This document shows positions 39,401 to 51,897 of a DNA stretch of 64,000 nt, one piece after another. The notes below the pieces were generated by a model. The model saw only the letters and a list, made by a program, of their open reading frames with translations. It made no database searches and was not told the DNA's origin. This DNA is from Paraspadella gotoi (taxonomy: Eukaryota; Animalia; Chaetognatha). Both the position numbers and the translations under genes were made by a program. The stretch is from NCBI GenBank assembly GCA_051294375.1, contig CM119269.1, positions 18,788,607 to 18,852,606 on the forward strand, given 5' to 3'. The number at the start of each line of letters is the position of its first letter. The stretch's first letter is position 1.

Positions 39401-42400
39401 CTGGAGGACCTGGAGGACCTGCTGGACCTGGAGGACCGGGTGGACCTGGAGGACCAACTACCACTCCTGGACCTACTACAACTACTTCTACTAATAAAGC
39501 TGGTGAACCAGGTGGGCCTGGTGGTCCACTTGGAAATGGAGGACCAGGAGGACCGGGAGGCCAGGTGGACCTGGAGGACCTGGAGGACCTGCTGGACCTG
39601 GAGGTCCGGGTGGACCTGGAGGACCAACTACCACTCCTGGACCTACTACAACTACTTCTACTAATATACCCGGTAAACCAGGTGGACCTGGTGGTCCACT
39701 TGGGAATGCAGGACCAGGAGGACCGGGAGGACCAGGTGGACCTGGAGGACCTGGAGGACCTGCTGGACCTGGAGGTCCGGGTGGACCTGGAGGACCAACT
39801 ACCACTCCTGGACCTACTACAACTACTTCTACTAATATACCTGGTCAACCAGGTGGGCCTGGTGGACCAGGAGGAAACGGCGGACCTGGCGGACCAGGAG
39901 GACCAGGCGGACCTGGAGGGCCTGGTGGACCTGGTGGGCCAACAACTACCCCTTATCCTACAACGGGAAAGCCAGGGCAAACCACAACTCCAGGGGTCAC
40001 AACCAAGCCGACACCCACACCTCCAACTAAACCCGAGACTGTCGAATTGCGGAGGATTACTATGCTTAGGAGAGTCAAAGCAGGTTGGATCAATTTACTT
40101 AATATCACGTAATTTTTTGGGGTTCAGTTCTACATCTATCAATTGATCTCCTTCACATAAGCTGCTGCAGCAGTCACGCCTCCTGACCGTTTTTAGTCGG
40201 ATCTGCTTATCAGCAGATTCCGACTCTATAATTCACTTTGTCGGTCCGTCGGTCCGCCACCACAATCTTGTCGGTCATTCACTTAAATCATGTCACAACA
40301 TTGAATTATGATAAATTAAGTAAATAAAAACTATGTCCGTCCGTCTGTCTGTCCGTCTGTAGGTTCGTCCATCCCCTTTAGCATTAAACTCCAATAACTT
40401 GTGATTGGATGGATAAATTGGAAAGAAATTTTGTGTGTGGATAGGAAAGTGTGTGATTGAGTTGAATATAAAGTTCCGATGGAATTTTGCAAGGGGAAAT
40501 GAGTTTAAATGGAAAAAACAAAAGTCATGTTTACCGAAAAATTTTTTACTTATAATTACGTATAATTATTCTATTTATTCAGAATTGCATGGATGAACAG
40601 CGATACAATTTTGGTTGAGGGTAAAAGTTTGTCATTAAGCTAGCTATTAAGTTTTGATGGAATGGTGCAAGTAATATAATGGTTGAACTGCAAGTAATAT
40701 AAAAATTATTAAAACAATTATGCAATTTGAGCATATTATGCAAGTTGAGCAAATTATGCAAGATAGCCAAATTATGCAAGTTGACCAAATAATGCAACTA
40801 GGCCAAATTATGACAGTTGACCAAATTATACCAGTTGACCAAATTAATCCAGTTTACCAAATTATGCCAGTTGACCAAATTATGCCAGTTGACAAAATAT
40901 GCCAGTTGACCAAATTATGCCTGTTGACCAAATATTGCAAGTGAACCAAATTTTTGAAGTAGACCAAATTTTGCAAGTTAACCAAATTATGCCAGTTGAT
41001 CAAATTAGGCAAGTTGCTAAATTATGCCAGTTGACTAAATTATGGTGGTTGGTATTGGCGCAGCTCCTGGTAATGATTGATAGATAAATTGATTTATAGA
41101 TATGTTCATAAATTTATAAAAAAGTCTCTTATGATTTGTTATGTTATGATTTGTTATGATCTGTTAAGACAACAAATTGAAAGTCAGAAAGAATTATAGT
41201 GATTTAACAGCGGAATAGCTTATTACCGCTTAATTATCGTAGGCAGATCCGACATTGTTTGCTCAAACTCAAAAAATCTATTAAACATTTAAAAAAATTA
41301 CAATTATTTCTACTTCCAAGTCAAATTGGAATTACGTAGCTCTAGTTCATTGTTGAAATTATGTAGGATTCAAATAAGATTCATTTTATAATTCTATTGA
41401 GATTCAGGAAAAAAACAAGGAGAGTGATTTCACTCTCTCTCTCCCTCCTCTTTCTTTTCTGTCTCTTGCTCTCTCAGCTCTCTTTGTTTGTCTTTCTCTT
41501 TTATATGCTTAAAAAGGCTCTCAAATAAAAATATGTTAAAAATATTTTTGTAAATTTATTGTATGATTTATGTATAAAGTAAAAATTATTAAAAAAATGG
41601 GAGAATCGTTGAAATCTTAACGTTCATTTGTTTTCGTCTTCAGGCAAGCCCAAGCCAGGACCTAACCAGGTAGTCTTTGAATGCCCCAATCCATGCGACA
41701 AGCCAATGAAGCACAAGGACAGCAGCACCAAGTGCCCCATCTACAAGTGTGAGCGCCGCCCAAGACCTAACTACCCAAAACCGGTAAGACATTTTTATTA
41801 TAACTAACTAATAACTACATTTCTTTAGGTTTTGGTCTTTTTTCTTTTTATTTCCGTTTTTTCTTCATTTTTTTTGGCGACTTGTTATCTGTCTTTTAAG
41901 TACTATTCGAGTCACTTACAATAAATTTTGAAAAACAAAATTAACAATTTGGTATTGAATATTGTAACTTTTAGAAATCGATGCAGATGAGTTCATCAAT
42001 CCTAGGAGAGTATTTTTCTTTCTTTCCTAGAATTGTACCGAGTGTCAAAAGGAGTGGTCGGTCACGGACCGATGCGGCCACCATCGCGATGTGTGCAAGT
42101 GCGTAAAAGTGCCAGAGTGCAAACCCCCGATTCCGCCACCGAAGGAGTGCCACAAGATCGTCAAGGTTGACCTCAAAGAGACGGCCTGCACTAAAAACAA
42201 GACGACCTGCGAGAGATGTTATCGTTACGAGTACGAACCCATCAAGATCAAGCCTATCGTCAAAAAGGTGCGTCCCTTAATTTAAAGAGAAAAATTTATA
42301 GGAAAAATATTATTTTCCTTTTATTTATTTTTATTAGTCTACTTATTTTTGTTGCGGGAATAGTAATTTGTTTGTAAAACAAAACCATGTATGTAACATC

Positions 42401-44819
42401 TGAAGAGACAGTGATTATTGTTATGTGTTAGTGACAGAACCGTTCAATATAAGCAGTCCCTGAGCTTCGGATCAGGCTGTAACACCATGTTACTGGCGGG
42501 TTAAGCGCCCCATCCCTCTTAACTGCTAGGCGACCACCGGGCAAGAACTCCGGACCTTTGGGTTGGGAGGTGAATGACTTGCCTCCGGCACCAATGGCCG
42601 CTGATGAACGGTTGGTGGATTTTAGTCCACCATACATCCCCCCCTCCCGTAGGGAAAAATCTGTTGCGTCTCTTCAGTGAATTGTTGGTGAAAAGTACGT
42701 CACCAAGTTGAGGCATGTTGCCTCATGTGTTGTTGGCGGAAAGTGCATAGCCAGGTTGAGGCATGTCGCCTGAAAGTGTTGTTGTTGCTGTAGTGTTCGG
42801 AAGTTGGGCTCACCAATGAAGAGACAGTGATTATTGTTATGTGTTAGTGACAGAACTGTTCAATATAAGCAGTCCCTGAGCTTCGGATCAGGCTGTAACA
42901 CCATGTTACAGGCGGGTTAAGCGCCCCGTCCCTCTTAACTGCAAGGCGACCACCGGGCTAGAACCCCAGACCTTTGGGTTGGGAGGCAAATGACTTGCCT
43001 CCGGCACCAATGGCCGCTGATGAACGGTTGGTGGATTTTAGTCCACCATACATCTTTTATAAATTATTTTTCGTCTTCAGCAATGAGTAGTTTTTAATAT
43101 CATTAACTTGTTTACGTATTTTTCTCTTTCTTATATACAGTGCAATGCCGATTGTCTGGAGGAAAAGATAATAAAGGGCAAATGCGGGTCCTACGCCGTC
43201 GTTTGCGCCTGCAAGGACGTCAAGAACTGCTTCCCCAACAAGCCCAAGTGCCCCAGCGACAAGTGAGTTGTTTGTGAATTGCATCTCTCCAGTTGTGACC
43301 ACCTTTCAGAAATATTAATGGCGACATTTGCTAAATATCTAGATTTACTTGTTTGTTTTTTTTTGTCTGCCCCTTATCGGTAATAAATATTTTTTCAAAA
43401 CTGTATGGTTCAGTTACGGATTTATTTAAAGCAAAATCACCCAAAAAATGTTATCAATGCGCTCTTCATGCTCTCTATCAAGGTGTCCCAAGTGTCACAA
43501 AATGGAGAAGAAATACATCAAGGACCTCTCCAAGTGCGTGAAGAAGAAGAACGGCACTATGGTCTGCAAGAAATGCTATAATTGGTTTCCGGTCCCGATC
43601 AAAATCAATAGCACTCTTCCTGAGGTCAGTTAAGGGTCAGCATTTACGTTTGCGCGTCGTAAATAAGTCGCTTCCAAAACTGATTTATTATCATTTTAAT
43701 TTTAATTTTAAACGTTATTTTTCATGAAAACTCTCTCAAATGATATTTTGTGATCTTTAATAAAAATAAAAGGTTAAAGATAAAGAGATTTTCCCCCTGA
43801 CATTTTGACATTTTTGGTCGGTCCAAGTCTAAGTCTAAGTCTAAGTCCAAGTCTAAATTGAGTTTTCTTAAATCCTCATTTTTTCCTCCCCGACCAAACA
43901 GAACTGCGACTTCCGTTGCAAGTCGTTGGTGCCGGTCAGCAAGGATTGCGGTTCCGCCGTCACTTGTCAATGCATCGATAAAAAACCCAAGTGAGTCATA
44001 GACATTAGACATTAGACAAGTACTAGTAAAAGTCAAAAATATTTTTTGTCAAATTTGTTTCCACTACGAAATCTGATTCAAAGCCGACATTAGTTTTAAC
44101 AATAGCAAATACTACGAATTTATTATCGGTGACTAGGTTCTGCCAGCCAAAGAAGAAGGTTCCATCCAAATGCTACGAAGCCAAGAAGATCAAAAATAAG
44201 GAAGATTTCATGTGCACCAAGGACAACAGCACTTGCGTGCCATGCTGGAGCTGGGAGTACACGAAGAAGGAGTGCACGAACAATAAGACGGTGAGATAGA
44301 TAATAATGTTGACGATTGTGCTGGTGATGTTGTTGTTGGTGATTATGGATATATGATGATAATGATGAATTCATGTTGACAATTATGTAATGACGATGAT
44401 AAACCTCGATGATTTACACAAAAAATAATAAAGCCTGAGATGATAAACAAAATATATATACATATATATACATACTTTCAAAGTTAATAAATATATTTAA
44501 TAAATAATAAACTTTCCTTGCAGACATGCTTGAAACCTTGCCAAAGCAAAGTGGAGGTTCACGACAAATGCGGTTGTTACGTCGAGAAATGCAAGAATCA
44601 CGTGATCAAGGACTGCCAGCCGACCAAGCCAACCTACGATCCATGCTTCAAAGAACCTAAGAAGAATTACACTGGCGCCACCTCTTACAATGACCAAAAC
44701 AAAATATGCGAAAAGTCAGTACCGGTTCTTAAAGAAAGTGAAGTCAATTTTTACGTACTCTCGTTTTTTTTAAAGTGATGGGAAGAAAGAACCTTTTTTT
44801 TTAATAGAAAAACCGTAAA

Positions 44820-44851
<32 letters not shown>

Positions 44852-46986
44852 TATATCATCTTTCTATGATTACATCAGTTTAATTATATTTTTTGATTAA
44901 CTTTTTATAAAAATCCAATATAATATTTAAAGATTTAAAATTTTCTATTAAATGATAATAAATTTATTATTGTTTACAACAAGGACGTTTTTATTAAATG
45001 ATTTACTCGCTGATAAAGACTAACATATAACGTTTTTGTAAACAATAATAAACTTATTTTTCGTTCTCTAATGTAATGTATACATTTTTTTATTGCTAAA
45101 GATGTTACGAATGGAAGATCGAGAAAAAGAAGCTTCCACCACGAGACGAATGCAAGCACAAGGACTTGCCCAAAAAGTGCTACTCTAAGTACACCGTCAA
45201 AGGTTAGGCTTTGATTTAAATAGTGAATTAAGTTATTTTGCATAAATGAATATTTTTAAATTAAATTTTTCATTCTTTTTTCTCGTCCTCGTCCTCACCT
45301 CCCACGCAGGTAAGTGCGACCAGTTGATCACCAAGTGCAGCCGCAACGACGACGTCTGCGTGGAGCGCTACGAGGGTCCCAAGCCTTGCCCCAAGGGGCT
45401 CAAGAAGGTCACCCTTAAGTCACGTTGCGGAAAATCTCGCGATGTCTGCGTCAGCTGCAAGAGAATCGCCAGAGGATTCAAGCCAATCACCTTCCCTCTT
45501 TCCTGCTACACCCAAAGAACCCTCTACGTCCTGGGTGCCTGCAAAGTCGCCATGTAAGGGAAATGGAAGGGACAAAAGGGAAGCGGTAGCAAAAAGGAAG
45601 AAGAAAAAAAAAGGAAGAAATTGATTAGAAAATGGGATTATCAATGTTACGAAAAGTTATTGAGAGAAGGACAAACTATTAAATAAAACGGAAGGGTAAG
45701 CGAAAACAGGGAAAAAAGAAAATGGATATAAGGCCAATGAAAATGTAAAAAAAAACAAAAAACCAAGCAATGAATGAAGATAAAATCGTCAAATGATTAT
45801 GATTATTACTACACGTTCACTATATGTTCGCAGCTACGACAAGAAAGAGTGCGACTGGAATAAGCTGATCGTCAAACCTTGCCCGAAACCCGGAATGGCC
45901 CGCAAGATCTTCACCGACAAGTGCAACTGTCCTCATCTGGAATGCTCTGGTAAGTTCTCGAGGGTGAACATTTTCATTCAATCTAAATTATTTTCCTCAA
46001 AGTTCATTATTGACCTGTTCACTGTTCAGTATTCTTCCTAGCCATCTTCCATACTTCCCATCAGGTTGCCCATCTAACATCCACCTCGACATTCAACTGA
46101 TCCTCGACCACTCCGGCTCAGTCGGAGCTAAGAATGGGGAGCACATGCGCAAGATGATTCGCGACCAAATCGTGGCCCAGCTCGTCGATCCCAAGATGCA
46201 GCGCGTCGCCATGATGTATTACGGAACATCACAGTTGGTCGTCAGGTACTACTATAACGAGACTCATTGGCGCTGCCATTTTGATTTTGTTTTTTTCCAC
46301 AATAGGGGCGATTAAGAATTTTATTTAATGACAATTTACAAATTCCCAGTACCTTGAACGATGAACTCACTCCCTCGGACATGAACAAAAAGCTCTTCAA
46401 TTACCGAAATATGGGAAGGACCCACACTGGCAAGGCGCTTCGAGTTGCTCGAGAAAAGTTCCAACCGCAAATGAAGGCCTCATCCAAAAAGGTTGGATTT
46501 CAAAAAGGAAGGACACAAATATTAGCCGAGACTCACGTAATTGTTTCTTTTTAAAAAAAATTAACCATAAACTGTCTCACTAGGTACTCGTGCTCTTTAC
46601 GGACGGCAATAACAACGGCAAAGAGGATGTGCGCGAGGAAGCGAAAAAGTGGAAGGCGTTGGGCGTGCATTTGTTCGCCGTCGGTTTCGACAAATCCAGC
46701 AAAAACGGTTAGGGTTGCCAGTGACCTTAGTTTTCATTTCTTTTATTATATTTCATTCTTTTATTTTTTTTTTCTTTGCTCTTCTTTTCTCTTCTTTTCT
46801 TTCATCATCGATTTTTTTAATTCATTTTTTTAATTAAAAAATTTAAAAAAATATTTATTTCGCGCAGACTTGGCGCTGGTCGGGGAACTCGACTCCTTCA
46901 AACTGAAGACTTTGGACGACGTCGAGAAATTCGTTAAGACGACGCTCATGCCCAAGATCTGCGGGACTTCAGTCATCAAGGTCTAA
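36236..46986 (+). CDS. Paralogue A: Cys/Lys-rich protein with a discoidin-like domain interrupted by (GGP)n/Thr-rich repeats, Cys-rich repeats and one C-terminal VWA domain (5' coding exon not found)
   Basis: GT-AG exons: 36236-36267, 36654-36858, 36991-37083, 37235-40083, 41644-41783, 42031-42267, 43141-43262, 43483-43624, 43902-43990, 44137-44290, 44524-44714, 45102-45202, 45310-45553, 45834-45949, 46065-46245, 46350-46491, 46584-46707, 46868-46986 (TAA). VWA MIDAS residues LILDHSGS...GRTHTG...LFTDG. Homologous exon-by-exon to paralogue B. The big repeat exon contains 1-nt indels (for example about 38226 and 39560). Confidence 0.85.
37790..39950 (+). repeat. Coding tandem repeat, about 12 units of 162-171 nt: (GGP)[14 protein letters not shown](IPGK/KAGE)[12 protein letters not shown]
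   Basis: Unit starts such as 39121, 39283 and 39454 (CCAACTACCACTCCTGGA...). Lies within the large exon of paralogue A. Confidence 0.9.
40190..41270 (+). mobile_element. DINE-1/HINE-like element (same family), with an internal 18-bp tandem array at 40720-41040
   Basis: Same 5' subTIR/IR, GTCY repeats and 3' GTAGGCAGATCCGAC...GTTTGCTCAAAC end. Array unit is about CCAGTTGACCAAATTATG. Confidence 0.7.
42453..42526 (-). ncRNA. Candidate type-P5 twister ribozyme (3' LTR, copy 2)
   Basis: Same motif. T1' is GA-UGG (a G-U wobble with L4 CCG) and there is one P3 mismatch. Confidence 0.62.
42869..42942 (-). ncRNA. Candidate type-P5 twister ribozyme (5' LTR, copy 2)
   Basis: Same sequence as 16135-16208; lies 416 nt from 42453-42526. 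Confidence 0.7.
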
Positions 46987-47450
46987 AGCCTCTGCTTAAT
47001 CTTGGCCTCGGGATTGACCGAACCGAACCCGAAACGCGGGAAAAAATACGCGAATATGAATTCACGAAACATAACAGGAAATCTGGATAATATAGTCCGC
47101 TGTAAATATAACGGTTAAACAGTCGTCCTTTCTTAATCATTGCTTTCATACTCTTTTTTTTATGTTTGTGTAGTACAACTTGCTTTTTGATCTCAAATCG
47201 TTCCTTCGAAACAAAACAAATTCAAAAAAACGAACGTCGTGCCTCGATTGTAATCATAGTTAAAAAATAAATATAGTTGTAAATTCGTTAATTATAAATG
47301 TGGTTATTTCGTTATCTTTATGCATAGGGCAGTAAAAGTTTAATAATTACAGATAGACTTTTATAAAGGAAGAAAGACGAAAATATGATTGATTGTATAG
47401 CTGCAAGTGTCCGGAGAAAACGGCACCTCCCTGTAAATATATATATATAT

Positions 47451-48732
47451 CTGTAGTCGGGCATTGCCTAGGTTCACCCCGCCTAGAATCATGACACTTT
47501 CAGTTGTGACCCGGTGGCTCATTGAGTAAAGCTTTTCTTCTATCATCAACCGTGTCAGTCACGGTTCCCTAGACACCCCGTAAAAGAAAATAGAAATAAC
47601 CCATTTTTAAAACATAAAAAAATTAAAAATATGTTTTTACTACATCGTAGTAAAAAAATTGTGATCCAAGCAAGTTTTTTTAAATTAAAGTTTTGTTATA
47701 TTTTTTATACAAAATAATGAGAAATTATCAACTACTTATTATTCTTTGTGAAATTTTAATTTCTTTATATCAATTATTATCTACTGAAAGAGAGCTTTAA
47801 TTTGAACTCACTCTCATTAGCCTACGGTTCTTGTTCTTAAGTATTAATGAAAATATCTCAATTTATAACAAAAATACTAACAATTTGGTAATTAATATGT
47901 GAAAGACTTATTCATTTCTTATTTAATAAAAAACTATAGAAATGTAACATACTATTGTTTAGCTTGAAAATTAACCTAATTTTAAATTTTTCTTCAACAA
48001 ATAACTACTATGAAATGTTATGTATAAAATTTTAAATTTTAAATATATATTTTTAAATAATTAAACATTAAGCAAGAGTATAATGAGTAATATTATATGT
48101 CCAAAAATATCCTCACTTTATGAGCTTTCTTTTGAGTCTAATCTCAGTTCTTAAGGATAATTTATTTCAATTCCCAGAATATGCTTAAAAAGAAATATCA
48201 AAATATCACAATTCCACAAAATGCTTAAAAAGTAAAAAAATAATCAAAAAATATTATCTTAATTTTTAATTTTCGATCGATTTGGTCATAAAAGATAGAA
48301 AAGTATCCTAATAATAGATTAAATGTCATATACAAAGGTTTTTTATCAAACATGACTTGTGTTTCCCGTTTTTTCTCTATATACAAATAAAATTGTGATT
48401 TGTCTATTTTTTGCTAATATTTTAAGCTTTATAAAATATAAAATAAATATAAACATAATCATAAAATATGACTATTTCTGATTAAAATAAAATATTATAA
48501 AAAATGAAAGAAATAATGTCAGCACCGAAATCTATTTTTAGTAATTTCTTAGAGGAGAGAGAGAGAGAGTGTGAGAGAGAGAGAGTCAGGTGTAAAAATA
48601 ATCTTTTTAAAGATTATTTTGTTAAAAACAGCAAATTTTTAGGATGTGGAATTTGATAAGTGATCATCTCCTGGTCACAACTGAAAGATTCATCTTATAG
48701 GCGGGGTGAACCTAGGCAATGCCCGACTACAG
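47451..48732. mobile_element. Non-autonomous TIR element (about 1.28 kb)
   Basis: Perfect 35-bp TIR CTGTAGTCGGGCATTGCCTAGGTTCACCCCGCCTA (47451-47485 / 48698-48732), extending imperfectly to about 63 bp. AT-rich interior; no clear TSD. Confidence 0.8.
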
Positions 48733-50110
48733 TCTTAACCCCCCTCTTTTCCTATCTCTCTCTCTCACTCTCTCTCTGCAGTCTCATTAGAGCTGGACCT
48801 CCCTTTATTTAAACTAGCTTAACTAAATTGCTCTTTATCTATATTCAAGACTAATCAACAAACAAACCATCAACAAACCATCAACAAATAATAACAAAAA
48901 ACAAACGCGAAATTTGAAAAGAATCCTGTGGAACCGCATACAGTATCTAATTTTTACCATTTTTGTGACGACCTCAATCAATTTTCTAATACGCGGTTTG
49001 GTATTATCGTTAATATATACATATACCATTAAAAAAAGCAATTCTGAACTTGAAAAGCTAAGAAAAAAGAATATGAAACCAAGAAGAAAAAAAAGGGAAA
49101 AGAAGGAAAATAAAAGAGAAAATAATTTTCTGATGTCTGATTTTGATGTCTCGTTTTGTCTCGTTTTCCGCTTGGCCCTTTTGTTGATCGAGGGGTTAAG
49201 GGAGGTCAGCACGAGGCGTGGAGAAACCACCCGGCCCTCTAACGACGTCCGTCGGAATAAATAAATAAAAACGAAAACAAAAAGAGACCGACTTAGAAAT
49301 ACCAAGCAGAAAGGTAGGTCTTGTGAAACGAAATGGGGAAATAGTGAATGAAGAATTTAATCGTTGAAAATGAAAATACGATTTAATATTTATTTTAAAT
49401 ATTGGTAGATATCGAACATTAAAAACAAAAACATAGAAATATTACGGATATAATATTGGTGAGTTGAGTTAAATTTAATATGAAAATTTTCAAATTACTT
49501 GTTTCACTATTTTTTTAAAAATTTTTTATTTTTATATTATTATGAAAGATATTACCATTTAATCTATATTCTTTAAAGTATTATATATATTAGCTTTCTT
49601 AAGAATTTTTTTTACTTATCATTATATCTAATAACATGCAATTTTGGAATGGGAAGTTCAGTGTTGTTCTCTGGAAATAGAGGGGAGCATCTAACAACCA
49701 AGGTTAGATTACAATAACTGTCGCTAGGTTTTCTAAATAGATATCCACATCATTCCTGTTAGAATAGTCATTAACTGAAAAATCATAATATCTAATAGGG
49801 CTGAACAGAAAGGGGTGGGAATGGATAATTTTTTGATGGGGGACCAAAAGTTATATATGATTTTTTTAAAAACTAATAGGGATAAGACTACAAAGTAGAT
49901 TGTATGTTTGATAGGGATACATACTGGGGAAAGGTCTATAGGGGCACTTTTATGTCATTGAATATAATTTTAAAAATACTTTAATGAAAATAAATTTTTT
50001 TCCTTTATCCTAATTTTTAATTATTCTATTTCTGAATATTTTTTATCTATTATGTTTATACAATGCGGAAGGTCATCAAGTTGGGTGAACGAGCTATACC
50101 TATATGAAGA

Positions 50111-50166
<56 letters not shown>

Positions 50167-51467
50167 GCAAAAAATTAAAGTTATTCGAGTTTCGCCCGAA
50201 CGTAAAAGGTCTTTGCCAGGCGACGATGACGATAACGACGACGAAGTCTAAATACAATTGCTTATAATGACAATAACTGTTAAATTGATAATGATATGAA
50301 ATGTGATTAGTAATTATTTTTTGAGACGACAATAACTTAAAAATCATTAAATCTTGATCAAACTATTTCTAAACTAGAACGAAAATGAGAAAAAAAGACA
50401 ATGATAATAATTAATGAATATAATGACAATGATAAGAATTAATATGGGCGATAATGATGTTGAACGAAGTCGTCAACTTCGAAAGAGGGCGGAAACGAAA
50501 CGAAACGAAACGAAAACTACGACGACGCCGACGAAAGCAAAACCTGTTTTTAATTTGGCCTCTGTTCGCTCAGAAATTAATTCAAAGGTTTCCTCGCCAA
50601 CTCTTACATTGGTGTCTCAAAATGTCAAATTCTTGTTTCACTATTTTAAGTTTTAGATTTTAAAATATTCATTAAAATTATTTATTATAGAGGGAGCATC
50701 TATAGTTTCTATACAACACAAGGTTATATTACTTCCTGTCTTAGTTTTCTAAATAGATATCACACATTAAGAAAATCATTAGTCAGAACCTCATAAAATC
50801 TAAATTTCTAGCCATACTACAAGTTAAGGTAATTGTCGTAATTTTTAGTAAATGCTGAGAGAAACAAAAATTAGGAGATAGAGACGAGACGAAGAGAAAT
50901 TAGCTGAAAGAGAGATAGGAAAAGAAGGTATGTGAGAGAGAGAGAGAGTGAGAGAGAAGAGAGAGGAGAGAGAGAGAGCAGAGAGAGAGAAAAGAGAAGA
51001 GAGAGAGAGAGAAAAACTGCCCAAGATCCGGAAACACCTACGTGTTTAAAGCAGTCGACGCCTCTGAAAACCGACATAAAAATTGTCAACAGTTTTTTGA
51101 ACGTTTAAAAATGTTTTAAACTTCTACGTACAAATACATTGTAATTTAATATAAACGTAAATACTTGGTAAACGTAAACGTAAAATGTTTTAAAACTTTT
51201 ACATCAAGTAATATTAATGTTAATATTTATAATAATTAATAAATGAAATTCGTTGATATTAGCAATAGCTTCAAAAAAAGAAAGAAGGAAAAAAGAAAGA
51301 AGATGAGGCGATTAAAAAAAACGAGAAAAACGCGAAGGAAGGAAAAAGAAAAGAGATGACGAAAATGAACTGAGGAAAGGGTGTTGTTGTTTTCTGCCTT
51401 TTTTTAAAGTGTTTGACCTGAAAACGATGGGCGTTTATTCGGTAAAGAGAGAAGGAAAAAAAGCAAA

Positions 51468-51517
<50 letters not shown>

Positions 51518-51698
51518 GAGAGAGAAAAAAGAGAGAGAGAGAGAGAGAGAGAGCAGAGAGGGAGAGACAGGGAGAACGGAAAACGCTTCTGAAGCAGCCA
51601 ACGATGGGTGGAGGGCGAGAAAAAACTGGTATGATTGTTTTTGCAACGCCTTTGCGGGAGGGAACTGCCAATGAGAGTTAAGGAGAGAGAGAGTGAAA

Positions 51699-51756
<58 letters not shown>

Positions 51757-51769
51757 GGAGAGCAGCGGT

Positions 51770-51897
51770 CGACCGTGGCGCTGGGCGTCTCCGATTCTTT
51801 AAAGGGGCCGTCGTCTGACTCGAGACAGAGACGGGAAAAAACTGACTCTCGACGATTCGCTTGGCGTCGACAACTAAACCCTTACGACGACGATTGG
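51770..51897 (+). promoter_or_regulatory. Putative core promoter and non-coding first exon of paralogue B
   Basis: TTTAAAGGGGCCG...GAGACAGAGACG...TCGACGATTCGCTTGGCGTCGA followed by donor TGG|GTAAGT. Homologous to 35620-35756. Confidence 0.55.

Larger units (their letters stand above)
42401..43052 (-). mobile_element. Non-autonomous mini LTR retroelement (TRIM/LTR-retrozyme-like), copy 2, in an intron of paralogue A
   Basis: LTRs at 42401-42636 and 42817-43052 (236 bp each, TG...CA), period 416. PBS-like TGGTGAGCCCAAC (42815-42803) and PPT at 42648-42637. Same family as 16083-16718. ACATC occurs on both sides (42396-42400, 43050-43054) but overlaps the LTR end, so the TSD is ambiguous. Confidence 0.88.

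Noticed and set aside
37770-39980. Minus-strand ORFs reading (GPP)n like a collagen
   Set aside because: They are the antisense mirror of the + strand GGA-CCT/CCA-GGT repeat. Splice sites, flanking domain homology and the paralogue all support the + strand. No collagen propeptides are present.
40720-41087. ORFs of VDQIMP hexapeptide repeats (beta-helix or antifreeze-like)
   Set aside because: An 18-bp satellite inside an intronic HINE-like element. It is frameshifted and has no splice context.
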